From: Squalus acanthias
Lineage: Eukaryota
Length of the DNA: 64,000 nt
Assembly: GCA_030390025.1 (NCBI GenBank)
Contig: CM059430.1
Coordinates: forward strand, 39,804,001 to 39,868,000
Direction: 5' to 3'
The position numbers and the translations under genes are program-made. The notes beneath the pieces were generated by a model, which made no database searches, had not been told where the DNA came from, and saw nothing but the letters and a program-made list of their open reading frames with translations. Position 1 is the first letter of the stretch. Every line of letters starts with the position of its first letter. This document shows, in pieces, positions 1-14,059 of this stretch.

Positions 1-742
1 GGAATGCTTTAGGGAGGTATAGGAAGTACAACAGATTGTTTGTTTATTTTTCAAATGCTGACTCTCCTGAATTAAGCTTCTGTAAGAAGGTGCATGGCAG
101 GGCTTTGCAATGTTGCATTGGTTACACTCCAAGTACAGAGACATCTAATGCATATGCTAAGCAATTAGCCGTATCTATGCATCGATGTGTATATAGAACC
201 AGCCATTGTGAGAATGGGGGAGCAGTTATTGAACTAGCAAAAGCTATTGTCAATAAAATGCTCATTTGGAATAAGCTCTTTGATTGGTAAGACCAGTAAG
301 TTGGTCCATTTATTTGAAATGTCTGTTAGTTAACTGGTCATCCATCACTTGCCTTCCTCCGACAGAGTATAGATGTCACAAAATGTTACAAGACACTGAT
401 CAGGAGAGTAGGAAGCCCTATAATCAGGCCTGACTGCCACTGTCTTCCATTATCTTTCTCACTTCATCCTCCCTAGCACATTCCTCCTTTCCCACCAAGT
501 CTCTGAATCTGTGTACTTCACTCATTACTTGTCTCCTCCTGTTACTGAATCGACACCCAGCCATAGACTGACTTAATCATTTGCAAAGGACTGATGTGCA
601 CTCTGTCTCATGACATTAAACCAACCAAACAATGACTAACATGAACCAGACCTCAACAATCAAGGGACTGGAAAAACACAAAATATAAGCCATGATTTTT
701 TTGTATATATATATTTTTTAAACTACAAAATAAAAATATCTT

Positions 743-2396
743 GGTCCGGAATTTGTGGTCAGCGGCGAAGCAAAGGTGTTCGCTGCTGGTCCTGAAGTAT
801 ACTTTGCGCAAGGATCTCACGATCCCTGTGTCGAGAACTTTGAGTTTTTCGATAGTCAATTCAAATCAACGAAGTATAATGGGGATCCCCTTGTGCGAGC
901 TGCTGTGATGTCAACAAGCTGTCTAAGCAGCCAATCAAAGCACAGAATTCTCACAGACAGCAAACAAGGAAGTGAGTAAGCTCTTAAAATACTAAGGGGG
1001 AAAAATTCAGTTGGTTGTGCCTCCCGTTAGCTCCTTAAGAGGGCGCTAATGGGGCGCAAAGCAACTAGCGCCCGGGCGCGGCGATGTTTGCGCCGCTCGT
1101 GAAATTAACTAGACATTTTGCGGCAGCGCTAAACGCTACCGCCACGATCTCCTGCGCCGGCAGATCGTGACGTCAGTCAAGTGCGCAACGCCCCGGTAGC
1201 ACCCCGGAGCGGATATTGAGTGGCGCCCCCTGCCTTACCGCCTGCCGCTAGCAACGACAGGTTGAGGGAAGCGTTTTGCAGTCAGGAAGGGACTGGGGGA
1301 GTGCTATTTAAAGGCGACCGCTTCCTGCCTTTTTTTGTTGGTGACATTTTTGAACCACGCATTCTGAGAGCGAGAGAGAGAGACTTCTGGAGAGATTCAA
1401 CGCTGTGTGAAGGAGTTTTGGGTACTGAGCAGTACTTTGCAGGTTCATTTTGATTTGCCCTTCTTGTATCGATTTAGAAGAGATTGTGGGGGCTGCACTC
1501 TGAGCTCTTTCCCTGGTTCTGTCCATTGTTCTTTCCAGCAGATTCGATGTACAGGTCTCTCCAGGCCGAGATTCAAGGCTGCAATGAGCAGGATGTGGAT
1601 GGAAAGCAAGATCAACCCTCCCCTTTAAGAACTGGCCCGGGCCATTGTGTGTGTGTTCCATTGCTGACTGACATTACATGAGCTTCGCCAGCGCTCTGAG
1701 TTAGCGCCTCGCTCCTCGGCCTTTGCGCCTTAAGACAGATGTGTAGCGCCTGATTTAGCGCTCCAATCACCTCCAGGGGCGATAAAAGTCAAGTTTGCAG
1801 TCGGAGGCAATAATTAGCGCCAGGCGCTAATCTTTGCGCCCGGCCGATAATTGTGCCCCAAATGGGGCGATACTGAATTTCTCCCCCTAACTTTTTAAAA
1901 AAGTTAGAGGGAGCAAAAGAAAGACTGGGGCTCTCACATGGGGAAAAGGCAAACCTGAAATAAAGATGGGCAAACTTAAAAAAAAATTTTTTTAATATAA
2001 GTAAAAAAAAAATTTTAATCTTTAATTAAACTGGACAAATTTCACATTGCACAAAGTTAAAATTCGTTTTTCAGGCCATATACCTTTGTTTAGCAGTTAA
2101 TACACTGTTAAAACCCCAGTTACACCTAATCCCTTTGGGTCTATCTTTTGGTGGGGAATTTAACAGCGTACTGACTGCGGAAGAGCTGAAGTGGGTGATT
2201 ACACAGATTGCCGGCCCTGTGCCGGGGGGGGGGGGGGGGCGTTGGGGTTATGCGCACAGCGCAGCCCGTGTCAGAGCTGTCAATGACAGACTGCAACTTC
2301 AGGATACGCCAAATCCTGAAGTTGCGGTCGGTTTCAAAGGCGGAATGACTGCAAACGCAGTCAGTTCGCCATCATCCCGACCGCAAATTCCAGGCC
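743..2396. mobile_element. Non-autonomous TIR element (MITE, probably PIF/Harbinger), interrupted by a second MITE
   Basis: Ends GGTCCGGAATTTGTGGTC...GACCGCAAATTCCAGGCC; homologous in inverted orientation to 12777-13543. Confidence 0.75.
996..1887. mobile_element. PIF/Harbinger-type MITE, 892 bp, TAA target-site duplication
   Basis: 16-bp TIRs GGGGGAAAAATTCAGT / ACTGAATTTCTCCCCC; TAA at 993-995 and 1888-1890; many subterminal GCGCC/GGCGC motifs; second copy at 8495-9358. Confidence 0.88.
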
Positions 2397-3621
2397 TATT
2401 ATTTATAAACAAATGATTGGATCAGAAACGATATGATCCAGATTTTAGCAGAAAGGGCATCCTCATGAGTGCAATTCCTTAGTGGCCCCAGAGTTAGTTG
2501 TTCATTCACGCTTGTGTAATAATATCAAACAGATCCCTGTGTAGTTGCCCCTAATACACATCCAACAAGTTCACGATATTGTAGGATAAATTAATAGGTT
2601 CTGAGTGGGAATTGACTTTGGGAAAAGAAATGTTTTGATGATGTGCCACAAACTGATTGGCAGCATTAATGTGCATTTTTAGCCTTTCCTGAGGGAACCA
2701 TCTGCCATTACATCCACGCTTGTGTTAGTTGAGGAGGCTTTGAAAAAGCAGGTGGTCTCCAAGCTATACTCACTGAAATTATCTCACCCTGTGGAAAAGC
2801 CTTTGGAAAAAGTAATCACTTGAAAATACTTTTTGATGTTCTTCATTAGCAGAAAGCATCGCTTTACATTTATGTAATAACATTACATTACTGAAAATGT
2901 AACACGTTGAACAAAAAAGGTGACTTGCCCTTTCTGGGGTTTTTTTTCCATTCACATTCTTTTTGTTTTGAAATAACACTCTCTCCTCACCCTTTTGTTT
3001 TGTCCTCACAATACATCTCATGAAATTGTGTAGATCTGCCCAATGAATACATTCGCCTACATCCCACCACACATCAGTAGCAAGGTTTCACAGTGTAGCT
3101 CTTGTTTTAACAGAACTTAGCTTTTCAGTTTCAATGGACTGTAAAAATCAAGTTGGGAATGCAGCTTAGAAAGTGTTAGATGGGAACTCAACGCAATTTA
3201 AAAGTTGTCAAATTTCAATCGTTTGCTCACAAGAATAGTCTGCTAAGTGTTACCAACTGCGCTAGTGTGTTTTAGTGAAATGCAGCCCATATTGCATTTT
3301 GAAGGCACCATTGCTTCTGCTTGATCTAATGTATACTAGGTACTAGTAGTACTATGATTTGGTCTGGCCCCCAATAATCTTTGCTTGTGCTCACCATACC
3401 TTTTATGAGCCAAAACTTAACCATATAGGTGTAGTGAATGGGATGTACTATGTCCCAGGGCTAACAATCTACAATCATACCATTGGGTTATACTGGATAT
3501 AATGACTGATGTTCTGTGTGTGTATAGGTTGCCGGCTGGGAGCCTCACCCTTCGGCAACTCCTACCAAGAAATTCAGCCCCACGGTATGGGATGTTCGCC
3601 ATATACTCCTGAAAAACACTA

Positions 3622-3820
3622 GAGGGTAGACTTTTCACGGAAGTTCTCCCCATCTCTTGCCATAACTTCGACCGAAGATCAGCGGAAACCCTGGAGAAAC
3701 AACGTAAACAGCCATTTCCGCTGTGTCTCTGTGTTTTGGACGACCTTCCACCGAATTTAGGGTGAGAGCCAATGTCAGAATACGGGATACAAATCGTATT
3801 TGAAGCTGTTCCGCACACCG

Positions 3821-3851
<31 letters not shown>

Positions 3852-3870
3852 ACCGTTAGGAAATTCTACT
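3622..3870. mobile_element. Degenerate MITE-like repeat containing a C31 run
   Basis: Imperfect terminal inverted similarity (gggtagactttt...gaaattctact); shares agagccaatgtcagRatac with 7834-7860; C run at 3821-3851. Confidence 0.35.
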
Positions 3871-4499
3871 TACATATTATCAGACCATATATTTCAGGCT
3901 AAGCTACAAATTGTTTATTACAAGAAAGAAATATATACAGAAGTAAGTTATAATTAGCAGATCAAATAGTAATAGAGTACCTCTCTCTCGAATATTTTTA
4001 ACTGTTTTCCGAGACCAAAAAGATACAAATTTTTGAGATTCTTATTTTCAGTCTTTGTTCAGAGTCATTTGGCTGCTGCTCAGATATAGCTGGTCCAGAA
4101 GTCTTTTCATATCTTTGAAAGAAAAAGTCTTTTCCTCACTAAGAAAGTTTCATTTGAAGCAGCCTCAGAGCGGGAAATAAGCTTTTAATTAATTATATCT
4201 TATGGACAGATGGAGCATGACCTGATGCTCCCCTCCCCCACCACCCTACTCATCTGCTTCATTACCAGATCAATTGCTCTGGCTTTTTTTTCCCCCTTTC
4301 AAAAACAATGATTATTCTTTTGAAGGTCTGGGCAATTAGGGATAATGGCTACATTTGCATGCTTGCATTCTTTGACAACTGCCTGATTGGTATCTACAGC
4401 ATAAAACATCCATCACCCTGTATGGGATCTGTAACTTGGTTAGCAGAGCCTAAAGGATCCTAACCTATTTAACATGTGTGCGTTCAGTCACACCCATAC

Positions 4500-5030
4500 A
4501 CCACCAACAACAACTGCGTTATTTAATGCAGAACAAAATGTCCCAAGGTGCTTCATAGATGTGTAATCAGAATAAATGCTAAACCAAAGAAGGAGATATA
4601 GATGGGGTGACTCAAAGCTTGGTTAAAGAGGTAGGTTTTAAGGAGGATCTTGAAGGAGGAGAAGGTGGCAAGAAGGAGGGCCTTAGGCAGGGAATTTTAA
4701 AGTATTGGACTAGGCGGCTGAAGGCAGGGTCATCAAAGGTGGGGTAAAGGGAGGGGTGTTGCTCAAGAGTCCAGTGTCGGAAGAATGGAGAGTTCTGTGT
4801 TGCAGGGCTGGAGGAGGTTGCCCAGATCGGGAGGGGTGAGGCCATGAGGGATTTAAACATGGGGATGGGAATTTTAAATTGGAGGCATTGGGAGACTGGG
4901 AGCCAATGTAGGGTCACCAAGGACAGGGGTGATAGGTGAGTTGGAATTGGCGCGGGATAGGATTAGGGCAACAGAATTTTGGGTCAGCTGATGTTTACGG
5001 GGGTGGAAGATGGAAGGCCGGCCAGGAGAA
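4500..5030 (-). mobile_element. L2 LINE 3' fragment
   Basis: Minus ORF LHWLPVSQCLQFKI...LKPTSLTKL and a tail homologous to 30975-31550. Confidence 0.75.
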
Positions 5031-5899
5031 AGGCAGAAGAAACCCCTTTCAGCAAGCAGTTAACAGAAGTCAGTTTAAATCTGCCAATCTTGTCCTGGCT
5101 AAAACTTCATAGAAAAAGATATTGGAGCCAAAAGTCCATGGCTGTTCAGCATACTGCCTCTGTTACTTTGACAATAGTATAGGCAGAACAGTCGGAAACT
5201 AGGCTGGGATGTTGATAGGCTAGCACTGAAAAATCAAAGATGATTTTGTGGGAGCGGAGTAATTGCCTCCCCCATACAAGGTGATCATCATGGGGGAGGG
5301 CCAAGGACAGGGACTCTCTGCATCAGGAACTCTTGCATCACAGGTCTTCACTGGGATCCAGCTTATGGCTGGTGCTGGTACGGCTGGTGAAAGCAGATGA
5401 ATTGGCCAACTTGGGAGTAGATGTGTACCACCTGGTTCCAAGCTGCGATCGAGGCTAGGTTCCCTGAAGAGGAAGAACATTTTTTGACAAAAATATCTTT
5501 TCATGCAACTCTCATATCGAAGGGACCAGAGGGGGCAGCAAAATATTTTTCCAGGGCACCCCCCACCGCACCCCCGCCCACAACCCTTGCCGGGCTCATG
5601 TCCACCAGGCTTTCTACCTTGGAGACAATGACAGGCACTTTAGATATGCCCACCAGTGGCCCAGACACCCACCAATGTAAGAAGGAGAAACAATGGAGGA
5701 GAAGCTGAACTTGTGCCCAAAATAAGCAGAGCGATTGGTCACTGGTTCATGCCGGCCTGAGGCCTGAGCCAAATTCTGAGCCATAAAGGCCAGGAAGGTG
5801 CAGGTTTGATCCATGATTTGTGATTAGTCAGCCAAACTCATCCAGGGTGGCAGTGGGTACACTATAATTGGTATCAGTGTCCCTGGAGTGGAAGGGGAA

Positions 5900-6260
5900 A
5901 ATGCCACAGTAGGGCAGCATATTGATGAGGAGAAAAAGAGGGCCACAGTTGGATCCTTGAGGAATTCCAGAGGTTCAGGGATGGGCAGAGAAGCCATTGC
6001 TGGAGATGTGCCCACAGTGTTTGGATTGAAACCAGGCAAAGTCAGTTCCATGGAGCTGACAGTGGAGGAAAGGTAATGGAGGAGGATGCCATAGTCTGCT
6101 GTATCAAATGCTGCGGAGAGGTCAAGAAGGGCAAGGAGGTTAAATGCTCCTTGGTTGCAGTCACAGAGGATGTCATTGATGACCTTGGCTAGGGCCATCT
6201 TAGTGCTCTGAGAACAGCAGAAGCCAGACTGGAGGGATTTGAACAGGGAGTTTGTGCTGA
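5900..6260 (-). mobile_element. L2 LINE RT fragment
   Basis: ALAKVINDILCDCNQGAFNLLALLDLSAAFDT, a typical L2 RT motif. Confidence 0.75.
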
Positions 6261-8494
6261 AGTGTCAGGTTTATGCACCTCTGGATGCAGAAATTTGGGG
6301 TGTGGAGTCCCAATAATTCTAACACAAGCCCCAATCCTAATAAAGGTTTTTACTTTATTAACCTGGACAATTTTGCACTAGATTTGAGTGGGAAAAGTAT
6401 GAAGATTATAATCAAAATATATATTTATCTTTTGAGCTGTAGGCTGTGCTGGACCTGTTGCGGCAGCTAGTGTTGCCTTGTTTGTAGCTTCTAATGTAAT
6501 TATTCAACCCTCCACCTTTAGCACCTAAACTCAAAGCATGACTGGTATTTAACAGATCTGAGCACTGAAGAAGCCAGAAAGATAATTTGAACATACATTC
6601 CTCCCGAATTTCAATGTTAAAAGAAAATGTTCATGTCATTTACACAATTGACTTTTTCTTTGATGTTCCTCAGAAGCAATCGTCGGAACAAAAACGAAAT
6701 AGAAAATCCTCCTTTGGAACCAGGAGCAGCAATCACATCTTATCTTAGCATTTAACATTTTCTGTGGAATTATTGAAATATTTTTGACATTTGAACTGAT
6801 CCCCAGAGTGATTTAACTGATGACAAGCTAAAGTTTAGCACAAAATTGTTGTTTCTTAATCTCATTTTGCCAGAGAATCACTTTTATGTTTAATTACATC
6901 TGCATGTTTCAATAATCTACCTTTTCCCTCATAATCGCCAGCTTTATACATTGATACTTTGGTATCATGCTCATTTTGAAGGTAAATTTGTAATAACTTG
7001 TTTGAATTCAATATCAAAATATTTTACATTTTGTATTCACTCCCCATGGTGCATTTATATAGCACCTTATCATGTCCCTCAGAAACATCCTAAAGCACCT
7101 CACATACAACGAATTACTTTGAAGTGCAGTAATTGTCAATGTGAGTAAATGCCACAACTGTTTCATGCATAGCAAGGTCCCAGATGCAGAAATGAATAAC
7201 CAGTTAATCAACAACAGGCCCTACCTGTCAAGATAGCACCAACCATATCTGTAGACCCTGGTATAATTCCTAGCAATGACTGTTGGGAACGGTCTTCACA
7301 GGGTCTTGGACAGCAGAGAACTAGATGCCGAGCTGCACCGTCTGCTGCAAGGACACCTACAGTTGTAATGCGACAGAGACCGTAAAGGTCAGCTGTGGCC
7401 TGAAACATGACTTCACCTTCTTGCAGACACGTTGCAATGTTGACCTATAGGGATGGTACTGTGGAGTGGCAAAGGGGGTCCCCCTCCTTATGATCAGCAG
7501 TACCACCTTCACTTCAGCAGCCATCAAACAGGGGGGGGGGGGGGGGCACATGCTGGCCTGCTCCCTCACTTGCATACAGAAATCTTGGGTTTCCCCTACT
7601 TTCACTTATGTTATCACTTCTTAGTCCCCTCCTCCTTCAAGCTTGGTAAAGGTTGATAATGGGTTGATATATTTTCTAAACCTTTCCAAAGGCTTCAGAA
7701 TTTTTTTTTGCCAATATTCTGACACTCCCTTTTAGAGGTTCCCTTCCCTTTAAATTTCATTTACACAGTTTTCTGCTCCGATCACTAGCGTGTTGCCTGC
7801 ACCCGTCTAAATCTGCATCCGGAACTATGAAAAAGAGCCAATGTCAGGATACTGGATGCAATCTGTCTAAAACCAGCCAATAACCATTTCAGTCTAACCA
7901 TTGTGCCTGGATTATAAAATCTAGGCTATAAAGGCTAAACGGAAGCAACTTAATGATGCTCTGTGTTCGAAAACGTCAGTGCTCAGGAGCAGTGCTTCTC
8001 TGGGAAATAGCAGCATGATAATCTCTTTTATGGGGATAGAAAGTCTAGAGTAAGTATTTTTGTTAAAACTACTCCGTTGTATATATATTATCTAACATTT
8101 CATGGTTGTTTTTTAAATGGCAATTCAAACAAGTTATTACAAATTTACCTTCAAAATGAGCATGATACCAAAATATCAATGTATAAAGCTGGTGATTATG
8201 AGGGAAAAGGTAGATTATTGAAACATGAAGATGTAATTAAACATAAAAGTGATTCTCCAGCAATCGAGTCAGATCTGCTTGCCTGCTAGTCAGCTCCAGT
8301 GATCCAAATTATGGGGAGCATCCCAGAGTGGCTTCAAACCACCCAGAGGGAACCCCTGAGCCATTTAACCCCAGAAAACCAGCTGGAAATGATGATGATG
8401 TCCTGGTTCAGGAGTAGCCCTCAGGCCGGTTTGAAGCTGCACCTTCTGCTATTTATGACGGAACTGATTGGGATGTTCCTTGTAATTATTATTA

Positions 8495-9358
8495 GGGGGA
8501 AAAATTCAGTTGCTTTGCGCCTCCCGTTAGCACCCTAAGAGGGCGCTAATGGGGCGCAAAGCAACTAGCGCCCGGGCGCGGCGATGTTTGCACCGCTCAC
8601 GAAATTGACCAGACATTTTGCGGCGGCGCTAAACACTACCGCCACGATCACCTGTGCCCGCAGATTGTGACGTCAGTCGAGCATGCAACACCCCAGTAGC
8701 ACCCTGGACCGGATATTGAGTGGCGCCCCCTGCCTTACCACCTGCCGCTAGCAACGACAGGTTGAGGGGAGCGTTTTACAGTCGGGAAGGGACTGTGGGA
8801 GCGCTATTTAAAGGCGATCGCTTCCTGCCTTTTTTTGTTGGTGACATTTTTGCACCACGCATTCTGAGAGAGAGAGAGAGACTTCTGGAGAGATTCAATG
8901 CTGTGTGAAGGAGTTTTGGGTACTGAGCAGCACTTTGCAGGTTCATTTTGATTTAACCTTCCTTGCATCGATTTAGAAGAGACTATGGGAGCTGCACTCT
9001 GAGCTATTTCTCTGGGCCTCTCCGTTGTTCTTTCCAGCAGAATTGATGTACAGGTCTCTCCAGGCCGAGATTCAAGGCTGCAATGAGCAGGGTGTGGATG
9101 GAGAGCAAGATCAACCCTCCCCTTTAAGAACTGGCCGGCGCCATTGTGTCTGTGTTCCATTGCTGACTGACATCACATGAGCTTCGCCAGCGTTAGCGCC
9201 TTAAGAGAGGTGTGTAGCGCCTGATTTAGCGCTCCAATCACCTCCAGGGGCGATAGAAGCCAAGTTTGCAGTCGGAGGCGATAATTAGCGCCAGGCGCTA
9301 AACTTTGCGCCTGGCCGATAATTGCGCCCCAAACGGGGCGATACTGAATTTCTCCCCC
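8495..9358. mobile_element. PIF/Harbinger-type MITE, second copy, TTA target-site duplication
   Basis: Same TIRs as 996-1887; TTA at 8492-8494 and 9359-9361; colinear along its length. Confidence 0.88.
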
Positions 9359-9794
9359 TTAGTCTTTTACACATCTGGATGTCAAATCCATGCCTGAGAG
9401 GCTTATTTATAATGGGCAGCCTTTTAAATGCTGAAAACAGGAGTAAACCCATTATGAAAGTAGTTACATATCAATTTTTGAATTCTACCTGTTGCTCTTC
9501 TCTGTCATAAATTGTCCCTGGCAGTCATATAAAAATGGCTTCTACACACTGGCCACTACAGTTCTGATAAAGATTTACGCCCAAAATCTCAACTTTTCTT
9601 CCTCTTTCAGATAATGTTCGGCCTGCAGCACATTTACGTTACAACAGTGACTACATTTTTTTTTTAAGTACCTAGTTAGTTGTACAGCAGTTTGGGATGT
9701 CCTGAGGTCATGAAAGGTGCTACATAAATGCAAGTCTTTCTTTTTACAATATTTTCTGTTCTTATTTTAGATTTCTAACATTAATGTTTTTTGG

Positions 9795-10035
9795 TTGTGG
9801 CTCATGGGTAGCACTCTCGCCTCTGAGTCAGAAGGTTGTGGGTTTGAGTCCCACTCCAGGGAATTGAGCACAAAAATCTAGGCTGATACTCCAGTGCAGT
9901 GCTGAGGGAGTGCTGCACTGTCGGAGATGCTGTCTTTCAGATGAGAGGTTAAACCGAGGCCCCATCTGCCCTCTCAGGTGGACGTAAAAATCCTATGCCA
10001 CTATCTTGAAGAAGATCAGGGGAGTTCTCACCATT
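9795..10035 (+). mobile_element. tRNA-headed Deu-domain SINE (SacSINE1/AmnSINE1-like), 5' half; a tail fragment lies at about 9635-9745
   Basis: tggctca..ggtagcactctcgcctctgagtcagaaggttgtgggtttgagtccc head followed by a body homologous to 20431-20890. Confidence 0.75.
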
Positions 10036-10104
10036 GTAGGTCATAGTTTAGCCAAACATTGGATCAACAACAAATGTCAAAAATAACGTGTAATGAAGAA
10101 CTAA

Positions 10105-10908
10105 GGTTATCCACTTTGGTGGCAAAAACAGGAAGGCAGATTATTATCTGAACGGCAATAGATCGGGAAAAGGGAAAGTGCAACGAGACCTGGGAGTCCT
10201 TGTGCACCAGTCGTTGAAGGTAAGCATGTAAGTGCAGCAGGTGGTTAAGAAGGCAAATGGTATGTTGGCCTTCATAGCGAGAGGATTCGAGTACAGGAGC
10301 AAGGATGTCTTGCTGCAGTTGTACAGGGCCTTGGTGAGACCACACCTTGAGTATTGTGTGCAGTTTTGGTCGCCTTATCTGAGGACGGATGTTCTTGCCA
10401 TGGAGGGAGTGCAGCGAAGATTCATCAGACTGATACCTGGGATGGCAGGAATGACGTATGAAGAGAGATTGGGACGATTGGGCTTGTATTTGCTAGAGTT
10501 TAGAAGAATGAGAGGGGATCTCATTGAAACTTATAAAATTCTAACAGGACTAGACAGACTAGATGCAGGAAGGATGTTCCCGATGGCGGGGGAGTCCAGA
10601 ACCAGGGGTCACAGTCTAAGGATAAGGGGTAAGCCATTTAGGACTGAGATGAGGAGGAATTTCTTCACCCAGAGAGTGGTGAACCTGTGGAATTCTCTAA
10701 CACAGAAGGCAGTTGAGGCCAATTCATTAAATATATTCAAGAAGGAGTTAGATATATTTCTTAAGGCTAAAGGGATCAAGGGATATGGGGAGAAAGCAGG
10801 GACAGGGTACTGAATTTGGATGATCAGCCATGATCTCATTAAATGGCGGAGCAGGCTCGAGGGGCCAAATGGCCTACTCCTGCTCTTATCATCTATGTTT
10901 CTATGTAA
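10105..10908 (+). mobile_element. CR1 LINE, 5'-truncated (ORF2 C-terminus and 3' UTR)
   Basis: ORF 10232-10813 with LYRALVRPHLEYCVQFWSP...RRMRGDLIETYK...FFTQRVVNLWN; 3' stem-loop and (TTCTATGT)n tail. Confidence 0.92.
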
Positions 10909-12776
10909 ACTAACTGGTTTGAGTTTGAAGTTAGGTTAAACTGAGTTTGAACATAAAAATATTTTTTTTTCTGAATTATTCAGAGCCAGCAGTATTTAAG
11001 CAGCCAACCTCCATCAGTAACACCAACATTGACTTAAAGCTGCCAGAGCAGTTAACAACACTGCTGAGGCTGGTGAGAGCATTCGTGCCGGAAGTACGCT
11101 GGGAAAATTGGATGGGATATGCGCCAGACGGAGTCTAGTGAAGTGAAACTAGCTCTCAGACTCACATGGTGGAACCTTGCTGAGGAATGTAGGATTTCTG
11201 CATGATGGAGCTCAGGCTCACCAGGGAGTTACAGTGCTACAAACAGGTGGTTTGGTCCAGTGAAACCTGCAGCACCTGCCTGCATGTTTAACATCTGCAG
11301 GGGACCTGAAGAATCCTTTGTGCAGTGAGAGAGTCTCATAATATCAAGACCTTTTGTGGTTCCCCTTTCATGGTACTCAAATGTGTTACTTTTCCCTTGT
11401 GGAGCAGCTCAGTATAAAATGTCACTTTAGTTGCAGTACTGGGGTTTTTTATTTCCTGAAACCTTCCTGCAGCTTTTAGTTGATCCACTGCCTTTTCTCT
11501 ATGGCACCACCCTAACGTTGCTCCACTCCTGCCTGCCTCAAAGTAGTCAGTGCCCCAACTCTAATAGGGTCTCCTCCTGTGCCCACACAGTCACCTGGTG
11601 TGCCCAAAGGCTTCAACCATGCATTCTTTCTAATTGCCGTTTACACGCTGCCCCGCAGTAACATTATCTGTAAGTAGATGGACGATTAGACCATCAAATA
11701 GAATTGTTTTTGGTTCACCTCCAATATAATTTAAAACTTTTAGCCACCGGACTCAGTACAATGGTAACATCACAGTATCAATGTGCTTAAGGCTGTTATT
11801 GAAAAGAACTTATTGTTATTGAGTCAGAGAACCAGAAAATTCGACCAGCTCCATAGTTTACAATATTTCTGATATTGTAAATGTTGTTTGCAGTGAAATC
11901 CTTGCCCCGGGGATTTCCAATATGCAGTCCAGACATGCGTGTGAGGACTAATAAAGAAGTCTTCATTTTATAATAGTCTGCAGTGAATAGGAAAAATATC
12001 TTTAAAACAAGCTTTTCCCCCTTGAATGAATAAGATTAATATAATACTCATTAGAAATTATGGAATATTTTTCTCACTCATATACTCAGTGCAATTTAAA
12101 TTATTTAAATAATTCTCTGATTTAAGACATTCACTTGTCAGATTGCACCTATCATGTGCAATTACAGAAGGCTATAGATTAGACTTTGGGTTAATGCTGT
12201 TGTTGCCTAGCCAAATCGCCGATGGTTCAGTGCATCTAATAATATATCAGCGCCATCTAATGGTGAATATGGGACATATCAGGAAAATGGATAACGGTCA
12301 GCAAACCAGCACCTGTAGAAGCTTGAAAACTATAGCACAAGTGGCTAGATGTATTGAAAATCCAGTCCTATGAGCAAAGTTAGTACAGAAGGGACAATTT
12401 GATTATTAAAGATGCACACGTTTTGCAGATTGAACTGAATGAAAATGTATTAGCTGTAATCTGTGTAATAAATATTAGAAAACAATACAGCTGAAATGCT
12501 TCTCTTCTCCCGATATTAAAATGTGTGTTTCTTTAGCATCTCCTCGTAGGGATGTTTGTTGCAACCTGTAATAATTATCTTCAAAACAAGAACTGGACTG
12601 CTTCCCATTTAGTGTGGACTTTCGTGTTTAATACTTAAAAAAAAAATCCTGCTTCTTACCCTCTTGACTTTGTTTGAGTAACACAGTGCAAATGATTCTT
12701 GGTTTGATCTAAGTTTATCAGAAGGTTTTTATTGACTGCTCAAGTGCCTTATGACGTTTCGCACATTATAGTTAAT

Positions 12777-13543
12777 GGCCCAGAATTTGCGGTCCGGATG
12801 ACGGTGAACTGGCAGCGTTCGCCGTCATTCCGCCTTTGAAACTAACCGCAACTTCGGGATTTGGCACAAGCGCGTGCGGAAATCCCGAAGTTGTGGTCGG
12901 TCATTCGCAGCTCCGACACAGGCTTTGCTGCACCCGCACCCCACCTCGACCCCCACCCCACCCCACCCCACCCACACAGCCGGCAATCTGTGTAATCACT
13001 CAAATCAGGGAAACTGACAAAAACTTTGGCTCTTCTGCAGTAATTACGCTGTTAAATTCCCCACTAAAAGTTAGACCCAAAGAGATTAGGTGTAACTGGG
13101 GTTTTGTCAGCGTTAAACAGAGGTTAAGGGCCTGAAAAACTAATTTTAATTTTGTGCAGTGTGAAATTTATCCATTTTAAGAAAAATAAAAAATTTTAAG
13201 AAACTTAAAAAATTTTTGAATTTTTTTAAAGTTTGTTCATCTTTATTTCATGTTTGCCTTTTCCCCATATGAGAGCCCCAATCTTTGTTTTGCTCTCTCT
13301 AAAATTTTTAAAAAGTTAGAATTTTAAGAGCAGTCTGTGAGAATTCTGCATTTTGATTGGCTGCTTCGACAGCTTGTTGATGTCACAGCAGCTCATACAA
13401 GGGGATCCCCACTAACCTCCGTTGATTTGAATTGAAGGTCGGAAAACCCAAAGTTAACAGAGATCGCGAGATCCTTGTGCGAAGTGTACTTCGGGGCCAG
13501 TGGCGAATGCCTTCGGTTCGCCACTAATCGCAAATTCCAGGCC
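12777..13543. mobile_element. MITE, uninterrupted relative of 743-2396
   Basis: TIRs GGCCCAGAATTTGCG / CGCAAATTCCAGGCC; subterminal palindrome ccgcaacttcgggattt...aaatcccgaagttgtgg. Confidence 0.78.
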
Positions 13544-14059
13544 ATTGTATTTGAATGTACATTCATAATGACTGTAATTTGCATTTATTATGGCGCCTTT
13601 AACATACGAATTGTCCCAAAATACTTTACAAAGGGGCAACAGAACACTGAGTCAGGGGGAGAAATTAGGGAAGGTGATTAAAGGTGGAGTTTGAGAAGGA
13701 ATTTGAAAGAGGAGAGAGTCTTGGGAGGGAATTCCAAAATGCAGTGCCAAGTCAGCTGAAAGCAATGATGGGGCAAGAAGCTGTATAAATGGTCTCAATC
13801 TGACACAAGAAATCCATGAGCTCCTCACACTTGGATTTTAGGTTAAAGTGGAGGGAGCCAGGTCAAAGCTTTAAGGAGGGGGTTGGTCACAGAAATAAAA
13901 GTCTGGCCTTACTCCTAAATCCCTTTCAACTTCAGCCATTTTGACACTATTTGTGGATTACTTATTCTACCCTTTTTTCGTCCTATGTACAGTACTTTGT
14001 ACTTGTTTATTAAGTATCATCTGTCACACGTCTGCTCACATACATATTTTGTCCTATTT

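Noticed and set aside
1308-1661. 117/118-aa minus-strand ORF present in both MITE copies (also 8804-9160)
   Set aside because: The copies are closely related so a shared ORF is expected; C-termini differ through (GA)n slippage and no domain is recognisable.
3772-3957. Poly-Pro/poly-Gly ORFs and G/C homopolymers (also about 2224-2239 and 7531-7546)
   Set aside because: Translations of homopolymer runs in repeats; run lengths may be unreliable.
9555-9632. Additional hammerhead
   Set aside because: Homologous to family A but the core has decayed (ctgataa...ccaaaa), so it is unlikely to be active.
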